A stretch of DNA of 64,000 bases. It comes from Leptospiraceae bacterium. Lineage in GTDB: Bacteria; Spirochaetota; Leptospiria; Leptospirales; Leptonemataceae. The notes under the pieces are model-generated. The model saw only the letters and a program-made list of their open reading frames with translations. It did no database searches and had not been told where the DNA came from. Position numbers and translations under genes: made by a program. The stretch covers positions 384,001 through 448,000 of the forward strand of contig JAVJNR010000003.1 of NCBI GenBank assembly GCA_040217195.1, in the 5' to 3' direction. Below are positions 21,372-31,112 of this stretch, in pieces (position 1 is the first letter of the stretch; each line of letters starts with the position of its first letter).

Positions 21372-22415
21372 TTAGTCGCAACTTGCATACATCACTTGAT
21401 TCGTGCCGTTACTGGATACAGCCAGAAATTTGCTATCTCCAAAAGTCACGGATCGCCATGCATTTGCCGCAGGGGGCGGTAAATCAGTCCAGTTGCTTCC
21501 ATCGATGGATGTCATGGCAGAACCTTGATCGGACACACCTACAAAAATCCCGCCGCCACCGGAAACTGAGCTCCACGTTTCCTGCACGGTGGAAGTGTGA
21601 CTGGTCCAGGAAGATGTATCCGCAGATCGCATTACCCGATCCACTCCATTGTTCGCTAAAGCCACGAACCGATTGGAATCGTGCCCCACAGCCAACCATT
21701 GGTTCCCCGCCGCTGGCATCACCGGAGTCCAGGAAGTTCCATCCGTAGACACAATGACCTGGTTCGTTCCATTTGTGGAGACAGCCACAAATTTACCGGA
21801 TCCAAACGTTATACTTCGCCAGATGTTGGCCTCCGGCGTGGCCACTGGATTCCAGCTCAGGCCATCCTCCGACCACATTGATTGATTCGTACCGGAGTCC
21901 GCCACCGCTACAAATCGACCATTTCCATAGGCAACCGCCTGCCAGGGATTTGCTTCTGGAGCCGCCACGGGGCTCCAGTTCTGGCCATCCGATGAAACCA
22001 TGATTCGGTTGGTTCCGGAATTTGACACAGCGACATACTTACCCTCACCAAATGTAACCCCCCTCCAGAGATTGTTCTCAGCGGCCGGATACGCAGACCA
22101 GCTCAATCCATCTGCAGAGTGCATTGTGTAATTAGTTCCTGCAATTGCCAGAGCCACAAAACCCGAGTCGCCGTGCGTAACAGTCCACCAGCTGTTTGCT
22201 TCTGCGGAAGGGACAGCCATCCAGACCAGATTATCATCGGTACAATCCACCGGAGCAAATAAAATCCCCAGCCATTGGTACAATGTCTCAGTTCTGCAGG
22301 ATGGATCATCGTATCGGCAAGGCAGATTACCCTGGCATTGAACCAGAAATGACAGGAATATCAGAACCAAGAACCCGCCCAGCGTCAAGAACCTACTCTT
22401 TGGTGTAACGAGCAT
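21372..22415 (-). CDS. Seven-repeat beta-propeller lipoprotein (BNR/Asp-box-like)
   Basis: Seven ~40-aa repeats W..V..G.G.FVAV...G....S.DG..W; lipobox-like LVQC. Confidence 0.82.
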   Translation of the reverse strand: MLVTPKSRFLTLGGFLVLIFLSFLVQCQGNLPCRYDDPSCRTETLYQWLGILFAPVDCTDDNLVWMAVPSAEANSWWTVTHGDSGFVALAIAGTNYTMHSADGLSWSAYPAAENNLWRGVTFGEGKYVAVSNSGTNRIMVSSDGQNWSPVAAPEANPWQAVAYGNGRFVAVADSGTNQSMWSEDGLSWNPVATPEANIWRSITFGSGKFVAVSTNGTNQVIVSTDGTSWTPVMPAAGNQWLAVGHDSNRFVALANNGVDRVMRSADTSSWTSHTSTVQETWSSVSGGGGIFVGVSDQGSAMTSIDGSNWTDLPPPAANAWRSVTFGDSKFLAVSSNGTNQVMYASCD

Positions 22416-22670
22416 TCCCTATCAGGGGATGCTGTTTACGGAATGTCAAATGATTGTGGGAAAATTTCCCTCAGTTCTATCAGGTTACAAGGGCAACCCA
22501 ACGCTGAGTATCTGGAATTACAGGGTTCTAACGTTAACGCTCACGCTACAAACGCCTTTATACGCGCTAAAGAGGGCCCACATCAGGGTCGATTAGTGCG
22601 CCTATTGTCCTTTCTCGATCAAACCGGGTAGAATGATTCTTCGGCAGTCTGCGAACACAGAAATCAGGCC

Positions 22671-22867
22671 AACCATGCGCGCTCCTTCCATGTTAACCGG
22701 AACAGCCTGCACCGCAGGCTGTTTTATTGTATCCGTTCTTTCCAAGCTGAAAAGATTCTAATTTGAGACTTCTGCTTCCTGCAGAAGTCTCAATCATGCG
22801 CGCTCCTTCCAGGATAACCAGAGAAGCCTGCACCGCAGGCTGTTTTATTGTATCCGTTCTTTCCAAG
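22671..22867. repeat. 76-bp imperfect direct repeat (22671-22746 and 22792-22867) duplicating the RND 3' end and downstream hairpin
   Basis: 43-bp identical block at 22704-22746 and 22825-22867; 6 mismatches elsewhere; perfect 13-bp inverted repeat (22763-22793) between copies. Confidence 0.9.
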
Positions 22868-25800
22868 ACCGGCCCTTTAATATATAATACAGGACCGGAA
22901 AGACGATGAGGGTCAGAATCGAAGACAAGGCCAGGCCAAAGAAAATAGCAAAAGCAAGCCCGGCCCAAACCGGGTCCGAAGCAATCGTCAGAGATCCGAG
23001 CATAGTCGTGACTGTTGTTAGCATGATAGGTCGAAATCGAGTGGAGCCAGCCTCCACCAGAGCTTCCTCAAGGCCCATACCGGATCGTTTCAAATCATTT
23101 AAGTACTCGAGCAAGATAATAGAGTTATTCACAGCGATACCGGCCAGAGCGATGACGCCAATCATCGATGTTGCGGTAAAATAGATACCAGCTGTCCAGT
23201 CCAGTATCATGAATCCGGGCAAAACTCCAATAAGAGAAAGCGGAATGGTAGACATGATAATCATTGGCTCACGATAGCTACCGAACTGAGCCACAAGCAC
23301 CACATACACCAGGAAGATAGCCACACCCATGGCAATTCCAAGATCTCTAAAGACTTCCAGAGTCAGCTCCCATTCGCCGCCCATATTGATCTTAATCAGC
23401 CTTCCATCCGGCATGCGATAATCCGCACCAAAAAGGTTAAATGACTCCAATTTCGCGCCCGGGGCAGGCTCAAAATCTGCCAGCAAATACAGGATATCGA
23501 TTGCAGCGTAAGTAATGGAACGATCGCCCATGTCTCCCAATATGTAAAATGAATCCAGTCGGTTTTCCCTTTCCACAGGGATAGCCGTAGGTTCCTCTAC
23601 AACACGCACCATATCGCTCAATGGCACGCGAATTCCCAGGTCATTGAATAAAGATATACTCATGATATCTGGTATGGAATTACGATAGGATCGATCCATT
23701 CTCAGTACTATGTATTCCTGTTCTATGTTGCTAGAATTATGGTAAATCCCCAGTACAGCTCCGGAGTAGGCTGTATTGAGCGCCTGAACAATTTGGGCCG
23801 GGCCAATTCTCCTTCGTGTTGCAGCCGCATGATCTACTTTTAGAGAGACCGTAGTCTGCTGCTCCGGAATGGAAATGTCTGTATCAACTACTTCATCAAT
23901 CTTCTTGATCTCTGGATACAGCCTATTGGTAACCTGCTTTAGAAGAGCCTCATCGTAACCCTGAACTCGAACCAGCAATGTGGAGCGCACAGGAGGGCCT
24001 GGTGGGTCTTCTACAAACTTCAACTTTACCGGAACGTCAGGAATAAGCCTGGGTACATCAGCCAGGATCTCGGGTCGCAGCTTCAAAACCAGATCCTCCG
24101 ATTTGGTACTTCTGCTCTCCGGTTCGGTCAATCCTAAACGGATGGTACTCTGCCACGCTCTATTCCTGGCTTCCACTCCGCGAAACAATCCATTGAAATC
24201 CAGAATTGGTGGTCGCCCTGTGTAGCTCTGTAATTCAATGATCTCTGGATGCTGTATTAGCCTCTTCTCCAGAATTTGAGTCACTTCATTTGTTTTTTCA
24301 AGGGATGTTCCGGCGGGCAAATCAACGTATAGAAAGAATTGCTCCCGGTCCGCTTTCGGTAACATCCGAAACTTCACCAGAGTCAATGCAGGGAGTGCCA
24401 GAGAAAATAGCAGCGCAATACCAATTACGCTTAGACTTATTCTTCTGGCCCGTTTATCAATGAGTAATCGATGAAGATAATTCTGATAGGCGCGAAACAT
24501 TCCCTTACCGGTATCCGCCACAGAAAGTAAAAGGTCCGATACCTGGCCTGGCAGCCTCTCGACTATAGAGGGCCCCGAATTACCTCTGGGGCTGCGAAGT
24601 ATGAGACTGGCCATCCAGGGATTCAAAGAGTAGGCAAGAATCAGAGCGATTACGATGGCTGCCGGAACAAAGAATGGAATCGGCCCCATATAAGGCCCCA
24701 TCATTCCAGTAACAAATGCCATGGGAATAAAGGCCAGAACCGTAGTTACAGTGGCCATGAACAGACCCGGGCCCACCTCCGCCACAGCATCCACAATGAT
24801 TTCTTTTCTTTCCTGGAGAGCCAGAGCATCCGACTCGCCATCTCCACCGGCCGCTTTGAGTCGTCGCACAATGTTTTCTATGACTACAGTAGCGTTGTCC
24901 ACGAGCAAGCCCAGGGAAAGAATTAATGCAAATAGTGTAATTCTGTTGATAGTTAGTCCGGAGAATTGTGCCACTCCGAACACCGATGCCAGGGTTAGGG
25001 GAATGGAAATGGCCACCAGCAGGGCGGCTCGAACATCCAGAAAGAGTAAAAGGACAATAACAACGATTACGATGGCCGTAATCAGATTGGAGACCAGCCC
25101 TTGAATCTCTTTCTGGGCCGTTTTTCCTTCATTTACTATTATGCTCGATTCAATATTTGCCGGGATAAAGTTGTCATGCAGTTTCTGAAGGCTTGTTCGC
25201 ACAGCGTGCGTGACATCAGTAATATTTGCATCTTCAAGCTTGGCGATGCTTATAATGACTCCTGAATCTTCTGTGCGAATCTTACCATCTGCACCCTTCC
25301 TTACCAGACGAACATAGGAATCCACTTCCTGCACTGTCTCCACCACAGAAGCCACATCTTTCAATCTGGTTTGTCCAAAATCGCCGGTTACGACTACGAT
25401 GTTTTCCAGATCTTCTGGCTTACTTACAATACTTGTGACCTCCAGGGGGATGTAAGAATCGGCCGTCTTTATATCCCCTGCCGGAAGATATACATTGGAC
25501 CTCTGAAGAGCCTCTTTGATTTGCCCAATGCCGACGTTTTCCTTTCTGAGTCTTACAGGATCAAATTGAATGGCCAGCTCCCGATTCCGTCCGCCCACAA
25601 CTTCGATATTTCTCGCCCCCTGGACGGTGGTAAGTCGTTCCGCCAGACGATGCGCAAATTTACGCATCTCCACCGGCCCCACTTCGCTGGATTTCAGAGC
25701 TATTTGAATAACCGGCACATCGTCCGGATCGATGGAGCGAATAAATGGACCATCAACACCCAGAGGCGATAGATCCATATTACTCTGGATGCGATCGTTA

Positions 25801-26144
25801 AGAGCTGTCTTGGCTGCATTCGCATCTTCACCTACGTAGAAGTTTACGTTTACTATGGAGCGTCCGCCGGGCATGGAAACCGAGTATACATCTTCCACTC
25901 CCGGAACATCCAGAACTGTATTTTCCAGAGGTCGGGTTACCTGTTCCACCACCTCAGAACGGTCCGCTCCCGGGAAATCCACAACAATCTGAAAGGCCGG
26001 GGCTACAATCCGAGGGTTGTACTGTCGGGGTGTTGAGAAAAAAGAAATGCCACCCCAGATAAAGAGAGTGAATAAGATCAAGAGTGATAATCGACCATTA
26101 TTGACAAAGATCGACGCTAGCTTGCCCGTCCAATTACGTTCCAT
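22845..26144 (-). CDS. RND efflux permease (AcrB/CusA superfamily), orphan
   Basis: 1099 aa; GLLVDNATVVIEN, LAFIPM, AGIAVNNSIIL, RFRPIMLT; two large periplasmic loops. Confidence 0.95.
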   Translation of the reverse strand: MERNWTGKLASIFVNNGRLSLLILFTLFIWGGISFFSTPRQYNPRIVAPAFQIVVDFPGADRSEVVEQVTRPLENTVLDVPGVEDVYSVSMPGGRSIVNVNFYVGEDANAAKTALNDRIQSNMDLSPLGVDGPFIRSIDPDDVPVIQIALKSSEVGPVEMRKFAHRLAERLTTVQGARNIEVVGGRNRELAIQFDPVRLRKENVGIGQIKEALQRSNVYLPAGDIKTADSYIPLEVTSIVSKPEDLENIVVVTGDFGQTRLKDVASVVETVQEVDSYVRLVRKGADGKIRTEDSGVIISIAKLEDANITDVTHAVRTSLQKLHDNFIPANIESSIIVNEGKTAQKEIQGLVSNLITAIVIVVIVLLLFLDVRAALLVAISIPLTLASVFGVAQFSGLTINRITLFALILSLGLLVDNATVVIENIVRRLKAAGGDGESDALALQERKEIIVDAVAEVGPGLFMATVTTVLAFIPMAFVTGMMGPYMGPIPFFVPAAIVIALILAYSLNPWMASLILRSPRGNSGPSIVERLPGQVSDLLLSVADTGKGMFRAYQNYLHRLLIDKRARRISLSVIGIALLFSLALPALTLVKFRMLPKADREQFFLYVDLPAGTSLEKTNEVTQILEKRLIQHPEIIELQSYTGRPPILDFNGLFRGVEARNRAWQSTIRLGLTEPESRSTKSEDLVLKLRPEILADVPRLIPDVPVKLKFVEDPPGPPVRSTLLVRVQGYDEALLKQVTNRLYPEIKKIDEVVDTDISIPEQQTTVSLKVDHAAATRRRIGPAQIVQALNTAYSGAVLGIYHNSSNIEQEYIVLRMDRSYRNSIPDIMSISLFNDLGIRVPLSDMVRVVEEPTAIPVERENRLDSFYILGDMGDRSITYAAIDILYLLADFEPAPGAKLESFNLFGADYRMPDGRLIKINMGGEWELTLEVFRDLGIAMGVAIFLVYVVLVAQFGSYREPMIIMSTIPLSLIGVLPGFMILDWTAGIYFTATSMIGVIALAGIAVNNSIILLEYLNDLKRSGMGLEEALVEAGSTRFRPIMLTTVTTMLGSLTIASDPVWAGLAFAIFFGLALSSILTLIVFPVLYYILKGRSWKERIQ

Positions 26145-26184
26145 TCAACCAATATGAAGAATACTTACCAGAAGTAAAGCACAA

Positions 26185-26203
26185 TATACCCCATGGGGGT
26201 ATA
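26185..26203. promoter_or_regulatory. CsoR/RcnR-family-type operator upstream of the RND gene
   Basis: Perfect 8-3-8 palindrome TATACCCC-ATG-GGGGTATA about 40 bp upstream of the start codon. Confidence 0.7.
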
Positions 26204-26293
26204 AGAGATTAAAAAATCTGAATTACTCCGGTCTGGATTGTATCATATAATTTGACCAGGAATTGATGCTGCACTGACGTCTTATTGGGGGCT

Positions 26294-26893
26294 ATGCCGA
26301 TTTCATTTTCCCGATTCAGTATGGCCGCCATTCTCACCACTTCCCTGGCCGCATCCTTCCATTGTAATAACTACAGAAAGGCCTTAAATAGCTACAATGA
26401 TGCGTTGCCTGAAAATGAAATACGAGCTCTCCGGGTAGTGCGAAATGAATTGAAGACTCGAGAATCAATTAGATCGGTTATACGGGTCATGAAGCGTAAC
26501 GGATTCAACGTTGCTATAGTCCAGATCCGGGGTCGTGGAGATGCAGTCTATAGCTCCAGGCTCATTAATCCGGCTCCTGGGATCGAACCTGGACTGGACC
26601 CCCTGCAGGAGTTCATAGAGCTTGCAACACCGGAAGGTATTGAGGTGCATGCCTGGGTAAATGTGTTTCTGGCAGCAGACCACCATACTCTCAGGAGAAA
26701 CGATCCGGAACATCTGATCAATACTCGGCGGGACTGTTTTTTGAAGGATCGACAAGGCCGGTCCATGCTGGATTACACACGGAATGATCTGAAGGAGGCG
26801 AATGTTGAGGGAGCCTTCCTGGTTTATCCGGGCGGCTACTTTCAAAGAAAGCAGAAAGACACGGTTTTCATGAAAAGTTCGCATTACCAGTAA
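26294..26893 (+). pseudogene. Truncated glycosyl hydrolase-like 10 (GHL10/DUF187) lipoprotein
   Basis: FNVAIVQIRGRGDAVYSS, DPL, EVHAWVN motifs; similarity stops after EGAFL and the ORF ends at ~200 aa, short of a full TIM barrel. Confidence 0.7.
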
Positions 26894-27153
26894 ATTCAGG
26901 CATGCTTGCTCGTTAGGACTCCACGCTCCATGAATTAATATGAAGCAACTCAGAAGACACAATCGGTAACTTTGCCACGGCGGAAATCGCAGGCGGGAAA
27001 CCAGCGCGGTTTTCCCGGCCTGAATAACATGTACCCATTAGCAGCCATAGCGCGAAAAAAAGCCCGGCAAGCGAGGAATTGGTGTTCCAGACTTGCCTTA
27101 GCTTTCGTTCTTAGTGGATCCGTTACATCTGAATCCTGCGAACCATCCACCAT

Positions 27154-28080
27154 TCATCTTTGATGGCCAAAGATCACTCTAACTTCAGGAAACCGATTCG
27201 AGAAATCCCGTAGCTTCTGCAAACTCTTTACAGCTTGCTCCCTGTCCGATACCCATCCAGGTTCAATTCCGTTTTCGAATCCAGTCCGGGTATGTGATGC
27301 ATCTCCAGTGAGTAGCACTGGACCTTCGTCCGTTACCACCAGATAGGACAGATGCTCCTGCGAATGGCCAGGGGTATGAATGGCCCAGAAGCTACCATCT
27401 CCAAAGACATCCAGGCAGGTCCCGAGAACTGGCATTTCAACACCTTTTCGCACAGGCAATTCCAGCAAAGACTCTACACGGTCGAGATGATCGCCTTGAT
27501 ACAACAGCCATAAATTGATGTAAGGTTCGCCCTCTGCCACGTAGAAATCCAGGTTCTTCAGTTCCGGGTCTCCTGAAATGGCCGGAATACCGGATGAATG
27601 ATCCCCATGAAGATGTGTAAAAAACACCCCCTGCAGCCTCGATTTTCGGTTATCCTTGTTCAGATGCGAAAGTATATCCGTTCCCTGTTTCTGTCGGCTG
27701 GAAATAATGTAACTGCTGGCCAGCAGCCCATGGACATTCCCTGGCCTGCCCTGCCCAAAGCTGGTGTCCAGACCAGAATCGATCATAAAACAGCCCCGCA
27801 CTTTATGGCAAAACCAGAATGCATAGACGTCCACAAACATTGTTTCTGCTTCGCCTGGGTCCAGCTCTCTGTTGAGCATTCCATTGACCGGCACTTCAAC
27901 CTCACCGGTATGAAATACCTGAAAATCCACGATTCTCGATTGCTCTTGAAATACAATGTTCCAGTCCGAAAAATCTGATCCCCGAGGCACCTCCGCTTGC
28001 TGTCTTCTGGGCTCACCTACGGTGCACTGCAGCAACAATAGTAGCAATAGTAATAATGTTCCGATGAGTATTCTATTCAT
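27154..28080 (-). CDS. Metallo-beta-lactamase-fold hydrolase (AHL-lactonase-like), probable lipoprotein
   Basis: THLHGDH, HTPGHS, LTGDA, GH motifs; LLLQC lipobox; AGGAG SD before ATG 28080. Confidence 0.87.
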   Translation of the reverse strand: MNRILIGTLLLLLLLLLQCTVGEPRRQQAEVPRGSDFSDWNIVFQEQSRIVDFQVFHTGEVEVPVNGMLNRELDPGEAETMFVDVYAFWFCHKVRGCFMIDSGLDTSFGQGRPGNVHGLLASSYIISSRQKQGTDILSHLNKDNRKSRLQGVFFTHLHGDHSSGIPAISGDPELKNLDFYVAEGEPYINLWLLYQGDHLDRVESLLELPVRKGVEMPVLGTCLDVFGDGSFWAIHTPGHSQEHLSYLVVTDEGPVLLTGDASHTRTGFENGIEPGWVSDREQAVKSLQKLRDFSNRFPEVRVIFGHQR

Positions 28081-28165
28081 TGGGTTTCTCCTTATTGGTA
28101 TTCCAATTATACACTGACCCGCCGTATTCCCATAGGACTGTAGATACATGCCAGTGTGACCTGGG

Positions 28166-28860
28166 TCACACCTGGGTTTCGCCCCGATAAAACTGCTTCA
28201 AGCCCAGGGGGTCCTTAATAAAGATCAAGCCCGGAGAATCCGCTTCTGTGGCAACAAGACCCATATCTTTTAATTCTTTGATATTGCGGGCCACAACCTC
28301 CCTGGATGTGGCGATTGTATCGGCCAGTTCTTGTTGAGTAATTCTAAGATTCACTGGCTTGCTGGATTCACGGGAAAGCCGTAGGAGACACCGACAGAGT
28401 CGTCTGGATACAGATTCGAAAGTCATGCTATGCAACTCATCCATGATACCGTACACCCTGAGCGCACAATGGTTTGCGAATAAGAATCCAACGTCCGCAC
28501 GGGCGCTTGCAACACTTCGTACGGATTCTCCGGTTATCGCAAGAGCAGATGTGGGTAGAATCGTTTCCACAGTTAGATCCGCGGGGCCGCCCAGACAGGC
28601 AACCAGCCCAATCACTTCACCTGCTCCAAAATGCCGGACTACCATTCTTCTACCATCCGAGGAACAATCCACATCCGCCCTTCTCCAGATTCGATTAAGA
28701 GCATCTGAGACTGCTCTCCCGGACGATACAATGTACTACCTTCCGGAAGATTGATATAGATCCCGGATTGCACCAGGGCTTCCAGAGAAGGGCTGGATAG
28801 GTCTCGCAGAAAGGTATTTTCCGCTATGGCCATTTTTCGGGCCTGATCCACTGATTCCAT
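28166..28860 (-). pseudogene. Crp/Fnr-family regulator split by a 1-bp frameshift
   Basis: cNMP-domain N-term (LYRPGE..LLIESG) in ORF 28639..28860; remainder with HTH TQQELADTIATSREVVAR in ORF 28166..28672; adding one T near 28665 fuses them. Confidence 0.8.
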
Positions 28861-29031
28861 GCAAACAACCTGTTAGACCGGACGGGAAGGTCAACTCAGG
28901 TTCCAGATCTGCAGATAGGTGCTGTTATGAGTTCAAAGCCAGGGGCCTCAGATTAGAAATAGGTCACTCAGTACGTTAGTATTGGAATACATTTCCAGAA
29001 TACTACCCGGGTCATTTTCTGGATGCCGGAA

Positions 29032-29670
29032 TTACTGAGACGTCCAGTGTTGAAAGTTCCAGTAAAAAAGATACAGGTTTCTGACTGGATCGTATTCAAG
29101 TGAGACCTTGTCAGAGCCAGTATCGCACATTGACGCTGACCGGGACTCAAAAAATAACAGGATTCCCCGTTGCCGAGTGGTACTGGAAGTGGCGCGAACA
29201 AAGCAAAGGGAACCTCTGTCCCCGGACCTGACCTGCCACCAGGACGGCCGATAATTCTTGTTAAAATGGGCCCTCGCTTCAGGCCAATCTTCTTGCATCT
29301 CGTAGGCCCACTTTTGACTCCAGGACTCATTTATCTTTAGAGAACTCTTAACCGTATCTGGCCATGATTCCGGTACAATAGCATCTTCATAACGAAGCAT
29401 TAAGATACTACTATCGATGGAATCATCAAGAAGCAGATAGGCTTTTCGGGCCGGCAGGTCAAACGGAGGCTTGATTCTGGCTTCATCGTAAAGCCTTGAT
29501 GGTTCACATCCAGATGCTTCTGAATATCCGGCCAGAGGCAGAATTTGCCGGTCATTTTTCAGGCAGGGGCGTTGAGCTGATTCACAACCGATAAATCCGA
29601 TTTGAAGCCCTACGGTGATAGCAATTAGGATTCTCCTTTTTCGCATTGCTTCCAGCAACCTGAAGCTCAT
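29032..29670 (-). CDS. Hypothetical lipoprotein
   Basis: Basic N-terminus, hydrophobic stretch, FIGC lipobox. Confidence 0.65.
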   Translation of the reverse strand: MSFRLLEAMRKRRILIAITVGLQIGFIGCESAQRPCLKNDRQILPLAGYSEASGCEPSRLYDEARIKPPFDLPARKAYLLLDDSIDSSILMLRYEDAIVPESWPDTVKSSLKINESWSQKWAYEMQEDWPEARAHFNKNYRPSWWQVRSGDRGSLCFVRATSSTTRQRGILLFFESRSASMCDTGSDKVSLEYDPVRNLYLFYWNFQHWTSQ

Positions 29671-29849
29671 TGATTAACCCTGATATGCAAAGGTGCTTCC
29701 CTGTATTCAATCATCAATCCAGAAGACCTGGAGCAATCAGGACCGGGCTTATTGTTCGTATTCCAATCGATAGAACCAGCCACAGCAAAGGCAGCGCAGC
29801 TAAAACAACGACTTGCTACCCGGGGTAAGAATGAATCCTGAATCAGAAC

Positions 29850-31112
29850 CTAGAGGACCTCTTCCAGGACATAAAAATAGTTCTGATCTGTGCCAAACAT
29901 CATTTGATTTCCGGAAATAATCGGAGCCGATAGGATGGCACCGTCCACTTCCATGGTCCACAATACAGAACCGTCCGCCGCAGAAAGGCATACAAGACTG
30001 GCCGGTTCGCTCAGTTCTCCCGATTCAGTGAGCACTCTGGATCCCTGAACTCCAATATAGACTCGATTTCCTGCGATGGTGGGCGCAGAGGATGTGGGAT
30101 AATCGAATTCCGTTTCCCACGCTTCATCGCCATCGCTTTTATGGAATGCTCGAACCTTCGTGTCCCCGGCCGTAAATATAACCAGATCCTTGTAAAGCGC
30201 AGGTGCCATGTAATCCAGCAAGTCCACATGATCCAGGAATCGAGTGTATCGGTTGACTGGGACTTTCTGACCAATTTGCATTTCATCGCTTACCTGCCAG
30301 AGCTTTCGACCAGTCTTTCGATCCATGGCGTAGAAATTTAGTTCAGATTCAAAACCTTTAAAGAAATTGGATGCGAAGTAGACCGTATCTTCGTCCACCG
30401 CAGGAAAAGAATACCAGAGAGCATATGGAACATCCACTGGCACAAGCCAGAGAAACTCTCTTTTTTCAATATCATAGGCACCGAACTGCCGACCTTTGGG
30501 GGCCCAGTAGACTACACCATCATAAACCTGAAATGTATGATGGGACCACACTGGATTGGGAAGAGAAAACTCTTCTTTTCCGTCCGGAGTTAAAAAATAG
30601 GTGGCTCCTGTATCGCTGGTAAAGACTACATGATCTTCGTAGCGAAGAACCAGAGATTGAACCGTACTGCCGGTATTGAACTTCCACTTCTGTTCTCCGG
30701 TCTCTTTGTCCACGGCATAGACATTAAAATCATTGGATCCGAAATATATGGTATCTTCATCTGCGAAGGGTACCGAATTGATGGAATCTCTCGGCTCCTT
30801 GAATATCCATTTCATGTAGCCAGTGGCCACGTCCAGGGCATAGAAGTTGCCGTCCGTGGAGCCAAAGTAGAGTACATCGTCGATAAAAAGCGGAGGATTA
30901 AAGGCTTTGGCTTTCTCTGAATTCTCCTGAAGTTTCAATTTCCAGCGAAGCCCCAGCGGAGGATACAAAGCATTGTTTGTATGTCCCTGACCGTGCTCGC
31001 CGCGATATTCAATCCAGTTGATCTGCTCTGAGCAACCGGAAAACAGAAGAATAACCCCTATCAAAAGGAAGGGTGCAATCATGCGATATCGAAGTGCAGA
31101 GCAGAATTGCAT
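29850..31112 (-). CDS. PQQ-like (BamB-type) beta-propeller lipoprotein
   Basis: FSGC lipobox; repeated YFGS.D..fYA.D..TG..KW blades; TGATG overlap with upstream gene. Confidence 0.9.
   Translation of the reverse strand: MQFCSALRYRMIAPFLLIGVILLFSGCSEQINWIEYRGEHGQGHTNNALYPPLGLRWKLKLQENSEKAKAFNPPLFIDDVLYFGSTDGNFYALDVATGYMKWIFKEPRDSINSVPFADEDTIYFGSNDFNVYAVDKETGEQKWKFNTGSTVQSLVLRYEDHVVFTSDTGATYFLTPDGKEEFSLPNPVWSHHTFQVYDGVVYWAPKGRQFGAYDIEKREFLWLVPVDVPYALWYSFPAVDEDTVYFASNFFKGFESELNFYAMDRKTGRKLWQVSDEMQIGQKVPVNRYTRFLDHVDLLDYMAPALYKDLVIFTAGDTKVRAFHKSDGDEAWETEFDYPTSSAPTIAGNRVYIGVQGSRVLTESGELSEPASLVCLSAADGSVLWTMEVDGAILSAPIISGNQMMFGTDQNYFYVLEEVL

Noticed and set aside
22480..22605. Possible riboswitch upstream of the propeller lipoprotein (stem cgcgctaa/ttagtgcg with inner ggccc/gggtc)
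   Set aside because: Pairing favours the strand opposite the gene and no known aptamer consensus is matched
22693..22968. 91-aa minus-strand ORF over the RND end
   Set aside because: Overlaps RND out of frame and runs through the duplicated hairpins; likely spurious
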